This document shows positions 1-11,254 of a DNA stretch of 20,000 nucleotides, one piece after another. The DNA comes from Atractiella rhizophila (taxonomy: Eukaryota): assembly GCA_021432655.1 (NCBI GenBank), contig MU271400.1, positions 53,462-73,461 of the forward strand, read 5' to 3'. Under the pieces are notes generated by a model. It made no database searches, had not been told where the DNA came from, and worked only from the letters and a program-made list of their open reading frames with translations. Positions within the stretch are counted from its first letter, which is position 1; each line of letters begins with the position of its first letter. The position numbers and the translations under genes were made by a program.

Positions 1-735
1 TGGATTGGGTTTTCCAGGCCGTTCATGCCCGAAGTGACTGCTGGTTGTGACAACTTGGACAACGGTAAGCCTCCATGGCCGCACCAGGTTCTGTGCTCAT
101 TCATTTATACCACTTAATGAACTCGGCATATTCAAGCCAATTAAGCCTTGTTCACGAAGCTGGTATTTCGTGTTCGGGCCGTTTGAACCCGAAAAGTTCA
201 ACTACCTAGATGTTGCCTTGTTAAGCAAATCTCGAAACAGTCTTTCCGCAAGTCTTCTCAGTGTTGATAACTAGCATGTCCGCATGGTCCAATTGCGGTA
301 ACACTTTTGACCAGAAGCAGAATAATTATTGTGAGCAGAAGAAAAATTATGCTGCTGCGCCACGGTTGATGACACATAGTCAGCCTAAGGTGGCTTGCGA
401 TTCCTTATTGTGCACGCGAGAAGCAAAATGCAGGCACCACGATTCAAGCGGACTTCTGCAGGTATAAGAGAATCATAACCAGAAACCTAATAAGACGAAC
501 CAGGTCACCATAATTGCAGTTCTTCTCATTTGTCCCTTCTTTCGTAAACAACATATAACTGCGACTGAAGTAAGGTCCAATAGTTCAAAAGAAGAGATAC
601 CCATTATCAGTCCTTGTTAACAACATGCCTTCAGCTGAAACGAAGCAACCTCTTTCGTTTCCTCTTTCTTATTTATTTCCTAACGCCTATCATTCCAGAA
701 CTTTATGGAACTATAGTGTTAGTACCAAGTCCGTT

Positions 736-1537
736 TCATGCGCTGCCTAAGTACTCCGCAAATTTCTTGGGCTTCCATTCTGGCCAGACTTTGACAGCAT
801 TGATGCGCTCCGAAGAGTCACCTGGCCCTAAATCGAATGTAGTCGTCCCATAACCGTCATCGATCTGCAAAGAAATGTTATTTGAGCGAAGCTGCTGAAG
901 AAAGAACAACAAACATGAACAAGAAGAAAGTTGACAAAGCCCGCAAGATCTTGGGTAAGCGGGAGGTCATCCCTCTTCACATGGACGATTTCACCACCAT
1001 ATTTGTTCTTCAGCAATTCCTGCAGTACGGACTATCGGTGAATACCTAACAGTTGAGAGAGAGGGGAAACATACGGCAACCTCTTTGATGGTCAGACGAT
1101 CTCCTTCCAACCTCCAGATAGAGTTGTACAGCTGCTCTTCCGGAAGCGTGGTCAACGACCAGGCGACGAAGCGACCGACGTCGACGAATGATGTGATGCT
1201 GAGGATACTGTTCCCGTTCAAGACCTTCACTTTCTCTTTCCCGAACAGCCTGCAGAAACAAGAATAAGTCTGATTGACATCTCATGGATGCAACAGGAAG
1301 GACTGGAGTTACCAAGACACATATTCTGCAAAAAGACTGTTGAGGTAGATCGCAGTAGGTATTCCTTCCTCTTCTGCCAGCTTGCGAATTGTGAGCTTCG
1401 GTGCAAGAGGGCTGTTTTCTGTCCGTTGAACCATGTCAGTGCTCTATGTCAAATTTAAATGAGTTCGAAGTCGACCTCACCTTTGGGAATTGAACCGTAT
1501 TCAGAGGGAACGAAAAGCTTGATTCCCGCTTTCTTCG
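736..1537 (-). CDS. NmrA / isoflavone-reductase-like NAD(P)-binding oxidoreductase, 3' exons (normally oriented part)
   Basis: Manual splicing on the minus strand gives AKKAGIKLFVPSEYGSIPK / ENSPLAPKLTIRKLAEEEGIPTAIYLNSLFAEYVSW / LFGKEKVKVLNGNSILSITSFVDVGRFVAWSLTTLPEEQLYNSIWRLEGDRLTIKEVA / ELLKNKYGGEIVHVKRDD...FLLVH / IDDGYG...WPEWKPKKFAEYLGSA*, stop TGA at 738-736. The 'AGxKxFVPSEYG' and 'DVGRFVA' segments are typical of NmrA/IFR-type atypical SDRs. Introns are GT-AG. Confidence 0.85.
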
Positions 1538-1586
1538 CTGATAATAGGAGAACAGGCATGAAGTAAGTACGGTTGATTACACGTAC

Positions 1587-2183
1587 CGCTTCAACACCCA
1601 CCCCTTAATAACTTCACTAGTGCGTTCCCCGTTCATCTCGACGACCTTCCCCTGGTTAGACTACGAGTGGAGTAGGTCGGGCGGCACCGTGGGGAGCGGC
1701 GACGACTAACTGCTAGTGGTTAGTACTTAGTGACGTTCAACGAAGTTACGCGCCGTTGTCACGCTCTGTACCGCTGTAGATACCTTAGACTCGCTGAAAT
1801 TTTTCCCTACTCCTACTCCGTCGACGTAGTCGAACTTCGAGTGTTCGTTTTGTAGAGTCTGTACTGAAAGTTCTGGAAGCGGTAGCGACCTTAAAGACCT
1901 TGGCAGAGATTCTGAAAGGACGTTTCACATCCAAATAGAGGGAGAACAAGTTTCGCCAAGGGACTTCACCGTTAGGTCAAAGAGCTGGAGGGTGCCCAGG
2001 GCTTCTATATGTAAGAGTCAGCGGTCCTGTTTGGACTGCAAGGGAGTGTAGGTTTGCAGTAACAGGAATTTCATCTAATAAGGAGCGGTCTATAGTAACG
2101 GCGAAGATAAGTCCCGTTCCCCTAACTCCAGGACTAGTCATGGTAACCACCCTTAGACGATCGCGTCCTTGGCAACCAATTTC
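1587..2183. other. Mirror-written block 1 (reversed without complementation); left boundary about 1587-1590
   Basis: It codes only in the complement-without-reversal reading. A minus-strand intron with donor GTACGT (1586-1581) and acceptor CAG (1540-1538) sits immediately to its left and accepts the block's last codons in frame. Confidence 0.85.
1862..2183. CDS. 5' exons of the same NmrA-like gene, readable only as the non-reversed complement of the given sequence
   Basis: The complement read left to right gives ATG at 1862, MTFKTFAIAGISGTVSKTFLQS, intron 1928-1978 (GTAGGT...CCAG), then FLDLPRVPKIYILSRQDKPDVPSHPNVIVLKVDYSSPDIIAASIQGKGIEVLISTIGGNLLAQEPLVK up to the gap edge. This is a Rossmann-fold start that continues into the AKKAG exon at 1537 (-). 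Confidence 0.9.
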
Positions 2184-2737
2184 NNNNNNNNNNNNNNNNN
2201 NNNNNNNNNNNNNNNNNNNNNNNNNNNNNNNNNNNNNNNNNNNNNNNNNNNNNNNNNNNNNNNNNNNNNNNNNNNNNNNNNNNNNNNNNNNNNNNNNNNN
2301 NNNNNNNNNNNNNNNNNNNNNNNNNNNNNNNNNNNNNNNNNNNNNNNNNNNNNNNNNNNNNNNNNNNNNNNNNNNNNNNNNNNNNNNNNNNNNNNNNNNN
2401 NNNNNNNNNNNNNNNNNNNNNNNNNNNNNNNNNNNNNNNNNNNNNNNNNNNNNNNNNNNNNNNNNNNNNNNNNNNNNNNNNNNNNNNNNNNNNNNNNNNN
2501 NNNNNNNNNNNNNNNNNNNNNNNNNNNNNNNNNNNNNNNNNNNNNNNNNNNNNNNNNNNNNNNNNNNNNNNNNNNNNNNNNNNNNNNNNNNNNNNNNNNN
2601 NNNNNNNNNNNNNNNNNNNNNNNNNNNNNNNNNNNNNNNNNNNNNNNNNNNNNNNNNNNNNNNNNNNNNNNNNNNNNNNNNNNNNNNNNNNNNNNNNNNN
2701 NNNNNNNNNNNNNNNNNNNNNNNNNNNNNNNNNNNNN
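2184..2737. other. Assembly gap (554 N)
   Basis: Run of N. Confidence 1.
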
Positions 2738-3491
2738 GTTCTTGTAGAGATAATAGTTCCGACTACAAAGGCTGGACCTAGTTTAGCGAGTTCGCCGGTT
2801 TCTTCATCTCCGAGTCAACTTGCCGTTTCCAGAGCTATAAGACCACTTGTTCAAGCATAATGGGGAGAATTTATCATTTGTGAGTTTAAGAAAAAGTCAC
2901 GACCGTAGTGACCTTGAGGAGTCCCACGTCTGCATTACTGGAAGGGGAAGTGGAGGTTGTGCCGCCTTCGGAAGTGTCTTCGCAAGTCTCAGTTGCAGCA
3001 ACCCGGGTAGCTCTGATGTTTCCGAAAGGATGGCGACGAATCCTTCCCTCATCTGTTCTTTTAGCAGAAGTAGAGGAGGTTGGAGCCTGAGGTCATGTTC
3101 CAACCGTGTAGCGAGCTAAAACTACGCTTGTTTCAACCTTACAGACCTGGCATGAGACAAAGCTTCTGCCGCGAGTTATACCGTTCAGTATTCGAACGTC
3201 AGCTCGAGCCTTTTCTTCCTAAATAACAGAAGGAGGAAGTAGGACCGACCCATTCGAAGCAAGAAAGGGAGGTAAAGGTGGACTGAGTTTCTAGTAATGT
3301 CCAATTCTGACTATACCCATAGAGAAGAAAGAAAACTTAATAGCCTCCGAGATTGATACAGTTGTCCTTGCCTAATACGGGGATACTGGGGTCTTCTCTC
3401 GTAGTTCGAAGTCAACCTGTTCAATGTGAGCAACTGTCTCTTTCTTTCAAGCCAGAAGACCCGGCGACTACCCGAGGGACAACCTAAAATT
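2738..3491. CDS. CsgA/C-factor-like classical short-chain dehydrogenase/reductase, central and C-terminal exons, readable only as the non-reversed complement
   Basis: The complement gives KNISIIKADVSDLDQIAQAAKEVEAQLNGKGLDILVN/NAGITG...FRVNVVGPIETTKAFLPLLRKGVDKKIVFISSNLG...GPYSVSKTALNMASHKLAVELGKEGFIVFLLHPGW/VKTDMG/TDYAPMTPEESIK...FWAADGLPVGF*. Introns at 2852-2898, 3251-3301 and 3318-3366 are all GT-AG; stop TAA at 3489-3491. SDR motifs NNAG, catalytic YxxxK (YSVSK) and HPGWVKTDMG are present. Confidence 0.93.
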
Positions 3492-4081
3492 CCATCATTT
3501 AACTTGGTAGGGACTGGTTAACAGAACTACGGTCAAAGTTTGTACTAACCCTTCAGCGGTAAAGGTTAAGCCGCGCTGAGAATGTTATCTCTTTGCGTGA
3601 CAAACAGGGCAAACGCCAAGAAGAAGACGGTAAACTTACAAGGGGAGAACCGAAGTGGTGCCGGATACTATAGTCTCGAGACCTCCACTGCTGTCTCGCC
3701 ACTCTTTTTTGTCTTGGAAGATGTTAAGACATATTTCCCTTCAGATTCAACTGGCGGCAGCTTTAAGACAGATTCTCGTCTAAAACCTCAATTGAGCACA
3801 ACCCGTCCGTTTAGCATGCGAGTTAAGCAATTGCTTATTCGACTCGAAGCCTATAAAAAACGGAGACTGAGTAGTAAGTTGTTAACCGATCTACAAGACG
3901 TTAGTTCAAATTCCCTATGATGTGATCGATACACAGTCCAACACTTCCTTCCTGTTTATCTATTACCACTCGGATGACCAATACCAAGAGAGTATGCACG
4001 GTTCAGGCAAACTTAACATTGCAGACGTAAAATAAAGTGCGGACGTGCTATGTCTAAAACACAATGTTGAATAGGAACGTA
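2738..4081. other. Mirror-written block 2 (reversed without complementation), 1344 bp
   Basis: Its complement starts C AAG AAC ATC and completes the codon left open on the minus strand at 4082 (AAG GAG CG|C AAG AAC = K-E-R-K-N). Confidence 0.92.
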
Positions 4082-4279
4082 CGCTCCTTAGCTAGCGCTG
4101 CGAGATTTGATGCAGATGAAGGATCCCGAGCTAGCGCAAAGACGGTGTTGTTGGAATCTGAGGACAGTTGCCTAACATACTCGAGACCTATACACCTTCA
4201 ATGAGCTCGGTTTGCATGAAAATAACACTGTACCCAATCCTCGAGACGATCCGGTAATAGCGTAAGACTTTCCAGCCAT
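4082..4279 (-). CDS. N-terminal exons of the same SDR (normally oriented)
   Basis: ATG at 4279; exon 4279-4234; intron 4233-4188 (GTACAG...ATAG); exon 4187-4082. Translation MAGKSYAITGSSRGLG LEYVRQLSSDSNNTVFALARDPSSASNLAALAKER contains the TGxxxGxG cofactor motif. Confidence 0.92.
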
Positions 4280-4370
4280 ATTTGTTGTTGGTTTCAGAGA
4301 TGATCAAGGAGATTAAGAGGTTTTGTGGAGCTGTGGGATTCCCTGTTGGTCCTGGAGCCCTTTTAAAGCA

Positions 4371-4376
4371 TTTATA
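4371..4376 (-). promoter_or_regulatory. Candidate TATA box of the SDR gene
   Basis: TATAAA on the minus strand about 90 nt upstream of the ATG at 4279. Confidence 0.4.
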
Positions 4377-5428
4377 AAGCCCGACGATGAAGGCTGATTA
4401 TTAGGCAACTCCGAAGAGTTCCAGTAAGATTCTTTCATTTCATCGCACTTTCTCTTCACTCCTGTAGGACTCTACGGCTCAAAGAGTGTGCAGTCGTTGA
4501 TAACCGCGGGTCGGCGTTAAGGCCGCCTTCTCATCCAGGAATAGACAGAAAAGTACTGTACATATCTTACACCGTGCGCAATGTTTTATCTCAAACGCTG
4601 ACGACATGAAGCAGCGGTTGGCCTGGGAAACAGTGAAGCACTGTACATATGCTTCGGTGACGGGTTGCGCCCGTTACTTGACTTTGGTTTCCTGAACGAG
4701 GAACAACTGATGGATTGGACGACGTGCCCATCTGGTCTACATGAATCGGAAGCCGACCCGTCAACGTACTGGTGAAGTAAGCCAGCGGGCACCATGAAAA
4801 GAACACACCACAGATCATAATGGAGTAACTCTTTTGAAACAGCGCGACCGGGCATTTGCGTTCTCTATGACCCTGGAATGCTGGAGCAATGGAGCAGCCA
4901 CGTTTGAGGCCACGACGATGTGTTACTTTGAAGCTATGGCCTTCATTCTGGCTCCTACTCTTTTATTCGCACAATAATAGCCAAAACGACAAGGCGCAGC
5001 GAAAAATTAGAGTCTTAAGAAGAGAAACAGAGATCTGCTTGAGGCAGCATGAAGTTAGCATGGGAAATCCTAGAGTGCATGGCAACTTGTAGTTCCTGCC
5101 TCCGTGGAATCTACTTGCACAAATCTGCATACTATGAGACAGTAACAGATGGCTTTCCTAAGGTTAGAGCGAGGAAAACATCAGGCGTTCAGACAGCGCG
5201 GATGACAATACCTGTCAATTACCGTTCTCGATTCGACTCCGGCCTGCTTCTTCATCTCATATGTTTTGGAATAATGCAGCTTTCATGCTGATCATTATTC
5301 GAGAGTAGGCGGAGAAATCATAACTTGAAGTGAATGAGACAGGCAGGACCAAGGTTCGGACAGTTTGAGAGTCGGCATTTTATGAGCGCAACGTTCAAGA
5401 CGCGTTCGTTGTTCAGAATCGGTACAAC

Positions 5429-8400
5429 ATGCCCTTCGTATACCATCCTACGCCTTCCCCTGGCCTTTCCTACTTCTCTGCTCTGCCTCCCCCGTCACCA
5501 CCCGTTCTTCCCCACGTAATCTCGAACTTGCGCATCCCAAAAGCGACACAGGCACTTCTGCCAACCCCATCCACTTCGAGCTCCTCGACCCATCCAACAC
5601 GAGTTTATTACCATGAGAGTGACGAGGAACTTGTATGGCATCGTTCTACGGTTGTGCATTCGAGAAAGTCAACCATTTACAGGATCTATGATCTTGCCAG
5701 TTACAAGGAGAAGGTCTCTTGTGCGACTTTTGGGATGTTCGAAATCTCATCAAGCAAAACCTTCTTGTACGAGACATCCACGACATTTCTCGGTTCGAGG
5801 TTCACGCTCGAGACCGCCTTGAATGCTCACTCGAAAGAAGAAGAGGAGAACCCAATTTTCGGACCCTGGCTTTCTCCTCCAGAACCAAAACCATCTTTTG
5901 AACCTGTACCGCAACGAGGTCTTCTGATAATCTTGGAGCGTCTAATGCTCGTCTACTTCCCCGATGGACGAGACTTCCTTCTCCGCGTACCATTCCCCGT
6001 TGCAGCAGTTGCGACTCTGCGAGTCGGGGTTCTCCTTGAAGCCGCGACGACGAAGCGGAGCACCTCAATATTTGAGCAGGACGAAGAGGAAGCGGGAGAT
6101 GTTCCACGCTTATACTCTACCACCACTCCCTTACAGGAACTTCGGCCGGTCGGAGGTATTGAGGTAGATGATCGGCTAGTCTGGGCAGAAGACAGTTGGT
6201 TGGTTTCGACGAAAGAGAGGGAGGGAAAGATTACAATCTGGGAAGTGAGAGAGGCGGAGGTGGTGGAAGATGACGATGAGGGAGATGGGAAGGAGAATGA
6301 AATGATTCTCGAGGAGTTAGACAATCCCCAAAGCAAGATGCTAGATATCGAGCAACATTTCCTTTCGAGTCGACAGCATGGAAGGTATCAATTCCTTCTC
6401 AGTCCTATGTTCAACATCGCCACAGATATACCATATACGTTCGTATTATTTTCATGACTAAGAGGTAACAGTTGACTAAATCTGATCATCATAGTGCAAA
6501 AGAAATAAAAGTGACTCGCGGCAACGACGTCCTCATCATCACAACCCCGCGCTCAACACACTCACTCACTTTCGCTCCTTCCACCTCTCCTTCGTCAAAC
6601 GAAATCTCCATCACTGAGTCTACAACCTTTGGAGAACCGTCCGTCCATACAACTGTGCGAACGCCGTACGGATCATCCGTTCTTCGATCCAACCCAGACA
6701 GGGGAACGGTCACCGTACTGGACCAAGGAGTGGAGGTCAGAGGTTCGATAGAAGGCGTACGATTCGTGGATAATCTAGCGCGCGACGGCTGGAAGGGTCT
6801 GAGACGGGTATTGGAGAGCGTGAAGGACTTATTTGGGGTAGAGAGGTGGAGTAAAGTCGAGGAAGGAGGATGGGATGCACTACACGATGTCTTAATTGGT
6901 CCGTCTGGCCCAGGAAATTCGAAGAAAGGAGCTGCGGAGGTGTGGGAGCGCTTCTTGGCCATGGAACGAGGAGAGGTGTTGGAGGAGGAAGAAGATGAGG
7001 AAATGATGCGCTTTAGAGGGGGAGAGAAAGAATGGCTGGAAGCGCTGATGATGCCTCTTCACGTGGTCTTTCAGGAGTTCCTTCTCTTTGAGAGTCAGCA
7101 CGCAGATGCCCGGAGGCTGGGCAATGTGATGGTGGACTTAAGTAGGAAGGTAGGATGGGTAGATTGGTGGGATTATTACATTCGGTTCGGTGGGAAGGAA
7201 AGCTACACGGGTACCTGGGGAGGTATGTTGTTCATCTTTACATCCTTCCTTTGTTGAAACATCTCTGTTTGAGCATAGAGTCTATCACCCATCCACCGCC
7301 GCCAGACTTCCTCGACTCCTTCCGCGTTGGTCTTCGCAATCCATCAGATATCTCTCCAGAGTTGTTCTCATGGGTTCCTCGCCCGTCACGATTATACGAT
7401 ATCGCGAGCGTTGCTCTGGCTTCCCGAGACGGATTGCAAGACGTAGACAAATACGCACGAATTTCAGCCCTACTGTTGGACGCCAATTTTTGGACTGCAG
7501 AAATGGTCGATGATCTCTCTTTAGGCTTCAGGGCCGTGGTTTCTGAAGTCATCGCCGTCATAAGACGATTCCCAATCCCAAATTTGGACAAGTCTCTTTC
7601 TGAATTGATCGGCAGAGAGGATATGAGGATGATGGCTCCGGATACGAATAAGAGGTTGGATTATAAGGACATGTGTGAGTGGAAGAAGTGGAGTCCTTGG
7701 AGGAATCTAGAGAAACCTATAACGTTCCCGACAATAAATCCTGTCCCTCACTTTTGGAAGAAGCCGTCCTCTCCACCATCTCAACCGGTCCATACCCAAA
7801 ACATCAGATTCTCGAAAGATCGTCGACTCGAAGATGTCGCAAGGATCTTGCAGTACATTGAGCCTGTCACTCTTTCGGTTCCATCTTTACAACAAGATCA
7901 CAATATCCCCAGCCGAACAAACACGTACATGGGACATTTGGCACTCAGGACTCTCTCTCTCCAGCTCGGTTTTGCCATGTATACTTTCCGGTCGCGGATG
8001 GCTCCGGAGGAAGGGATGGTGGATAAATTCGCCTTGAAGACTCCTATCTGTCTTTTTGCCAGGTTGTTACCGGGAAAGAGTTTGACCAAGTACGAAGACC
8101 CGAGTTTGAAGAAAGAATGGCCCACATTTCATCACGGTGTCGCCAGCGCGCTCATGTCGATTTATCCATCCGATCTCTCCGATATACCAGTCACTTCTCT
8201 GCATGCTACAGGGGACCGTGATCCCGCTCACGGAGGTGCCTTGTTGGGAATGGGATTAGCTGGTCTTATGAGGAGGATGACTAAGTTTCAGGCATTTCGA
8301 CACCTCACTGAGAAAGAGAACTTTACGACAATCGGTATTCTGCTGGGTCTCTCAGCTTCACATATCGGAACAGAATCTCCAGACGTCCTCTCGGTCCTCC

Positions 8401-10679
8401 TGCCCTTCATGCCAGCTTTCCATCCACCGGACTCCATTGCGTCTGCTCTTTCGCCCATCGTCCAATCTTCGGCCTTATTGGGTTTGGGATTACTGAATTT
8501 GGGTAGCGGGAAGAAGAGGCTGGCCGACACGATGCTACGAATTTTAAGTGGAATAACACTTTCCACTACATACAACGCGGATGCTTGTACAGAGGCTTAT
8601 GCTCTTTCCGCAGGTCTCGCGTTTGGCATGATTATGATAGCCAAAGGAGCAAAGACGGAGCAGCCTGGTGACGTGGGAACGCTCAAGACCTTTCGAAAAC
8701 TCATAGGAGACTTTGAATATTCTCCCATCCTCGACAGGAAGAAGAAACCAGAGACGGTTATCGACGTCAATATAACTTCTCCTGCGGCTACCATCGCTCT
8801 TGGATTAATGTATTTTAACACTGGGAGGAAAGACATCATCAACATACTCGAGATTCCAGATTCCAAGGTACGGTTGGATTACGTTCGATCCGACCTTGTT
8901 CTCCTTCGAACTTTAGCGAGACATTTAGTGATGTGGGAAGACATCTCCCCTAGTATAGAGTGGATCAACAAATCGTTACCTCCGCTGTTAGCCCCGCGAC
9001 AAGACGGGATGATTTGGCGAGACACAGAGCTCCTGCTAGCAAACTGGTGTATTAGAGCTGGAAGTGCTTTTGCCATGGGTTTGAAGTTTGCAGGAACTGG
9101 GAGTCATCTCGCTTTCACTGCCTTGAAGGGGATGTGCGCGCATTTTAGAGCTATGATGCCTCAAATCCGAGGTCAGTTTCTTCTGGTCATCTGTTTAGGA
9201 CATTTAACCAACTTTTGAGTCCCACCTTGAACAGGGAGAAGTCTCGATGCCACAACTCGCCGTCATGCTCTTCGCACCTGTTCCAACATCGCTTACATCT
9301 CACTCTGTCTCGTGATGGCAGGTACTGGTAATGTAGAGGTTCACAAAAAGCTGCGAGAGCTGCATGGCATTGTGGGAGAGTTGATAACCTATGGACAACA
9401 TGTAGCACATCACCTCGCATTAGGTCTGCTCTATCTCGGTGGCGGCCGTTATACTGTTGGGACGAGTCCAGCAAGCATCGCTGTCCTCATCGCCGCCTTC
9501 TTCCCCATCTTCCCAAAGGATCCGTCAGACAACAGAGCTTACATCCAAGCCTATCGCCATCTCTGGGTACTCGCAGCAGAACCTCGTTTCGTATCTACCC
9601 GTTCCACAGATGGAAGCAGCGTTGGTGCCCCAATACCTATAAGGGTGTGGACAAAAGACGCTCCACCTCCCCGACAAAACTGGAGCGCCTTCAACCCCAT
9701 CCCTGAGCTCAGGCACATCAAGTCTATTTCGATCAACGGGTCACTCCACTTCCCTAATTCGTTTCAACCCGATCCGACGAAAACGAACGGATACGTCTAT
9801 CGATCTTTCCTCAGGAATCGAACAGTATACGCTACACCGAAAAGGAATCCCGAAGCTATGTGGTTACCAGAACTGGACAACTTCCCTTTCTTTGTTGATG
9901 AAAGCCTTCTTGTGGAAGCTGCAAAAGAGGCAACGGTACAGGCAGTCGAAGAGAAGCAAATAAATGACCATGACTCCCTTTTACCAGCAAATGTCGTCGC
10001 ATATTCACTCTGGAACAAGTTCAGGAGACACGATTTCACTTCAACTCTCTTGCGATCGTTGATACAGTCCCTCGCGACAGATGATTCCCTTTCTCTCATT
10101 TCGCCTTTCCACTCCCTTTTTGACCATGCGTACGATCTCTCTCCCACGTTATCAAACTCTACGACAATGGAAAAAATTATTCAGGCGCGTCACAGTGGGT
10201 TCCTGATGGAGTTTTACGTCTCCTCTGGAGGTGAGGGTGGAGGAGAGCTTAAGACTAGTCTATTCGACAGATACATCAGGTTTCCAGAGATCGACGATAC
10301 ATGGGGTCGAGATAAGCGTCACGATAAAATGGCCTCCCTCTCCCTCTTCATCGAACGTGAACTGGAAAACATTCTCGTTTCCTCTACCTCCTCCCGTTTA
10401 ACTCGAGATTTCATCACGTTCCTCACATCCAAACAATCTCACCGATATCCTGCGGATGAGCGACGGAGAGCCGATTTGTTGACGTTGTTGTGGAAGTTGA
10501 ATGTGCCCACGTCGTTTGAGCAACTAGAAGGCATGAGAAAAGCGGTGGAGGAGATGGAGGGCGAGTGGGAGGAGAAATGGGACGCAGTGTTGGCTGAGCG
10601 ATGGGGAATGAGAGGCGGAGTGTCGTTCAAGGTGCTAAGGGAAGGGTGGAGAATGGCCAGACAATCGGAGGATTTTTAG
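5429..10679 (+). CDS. APC1: Anaphase-promoting complex/cyclosome subunit 1, about 1670 aa
   Basis: Four long ORFs join in frame via introns 6385-6494, 7223-7278 and 9172-9234. APC1-typical segments: RFSKDRRLEDVARIL, EWPTFHHGVASAL, PC-repeat stretches (HGGALLGMGLAG, GILLGLSASHIGT, SPAATIALGLMY), MAGTGN, YGQHVAHHLALGLLYLGGGRYT, DNRAYIQAYRHLWVLAAEPR. The first intron boundaries are the least certain. Confidence 0.93.
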
Positions 10680-11254
10680 GTCAGTTGCGTACCAGTAGTG
10701 CTAAAATGTGTAGAAGATCGCGTAGGATTTGTACAAGCAAGTGGTTAATGCTGTCACTCAAAATGTGATATATTCCATTTACAACGTGAAAGTCTATCGG
10801 TTGACGGAACATGTAATGTCCAAATTGCAATCATTTACTGTAAGGGTAAGCATCAACATTACAGCAGGCCAGAAGCTTTGACTGTTACGAAGTTACTGTA
10901 CCACTGACCAGTTCTACCCTTACTAACCTGAGTTCCCACTTCTACCTTTTTCTTATAACTCTTCGTCAGCCGTCGATGTTCTAGCCTAGGCCGAATCTTT
11001 CTCCTATTTCTCCAGTTACTTATTTTTGAGTTATAGCTATTGTGTAGAGAATAGTTCATTGGTTCCTTGCAAGATGCTAAGGGATGAATGGAGCAATCTG
11101 ACAACTTGCGATAGATACTAGTAGAATGATGTGAAAGCCCATGACTAAATCTGATACTCAGATGTGGTATATTTCATCCTGTACAAAGTCCTTGCAATCA
11201 AATACAGGACATGCCTCATTTCGAAGCTTGCTCTCCAGGACTTTGCTCAAATCT

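Noticed and set aside
1..735. Short ORFs at the window start (and similarly at 4586-5519)
   Set aside because: No recognisable motifs or consistent splice structure; treated as intergenic or UTR.
2140..2781. ORFs 2140-2781 and 2169-2747
   Set aside because: They read through the N gap; artefacts.
2847..3920. ORFs 2847-3119, 2897-3103, 2908-3090 and 3582-3920
   Set aside because: They lie in the mirror-written block, which probably does not exist in this form; the real coding information is in the complement reading.
1587..4081. Biological inversion, invertible switch or transposon as the explanation of the flipped blocks
   Set aside because: An inversion gives the reverse complement, which six-frame translation would detect. 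These blocks are reversed only, abut an assembly gap and show no flanking inverted repeats.
5802..10630. Multiple antisense and alternative-frame ORFs over APC1
   Set aside because: Shadow ORFs of a long coding sequence, with no motifs.
11125..11155. ATGATG...ATGA...CTGA resembling C/D snoRNA boxes
   Set aside because: The span is only about 30 nt, the C box is imperfect, and it lies in a convergent 3' region.
6473..11155. 14-mer TGACTAAATCTGAT present at 6473 and 11142 (ATGACTAAAT also at 14301)
   Set aside because: Short, in unrelated contexts and not extendable; compatible with chance.
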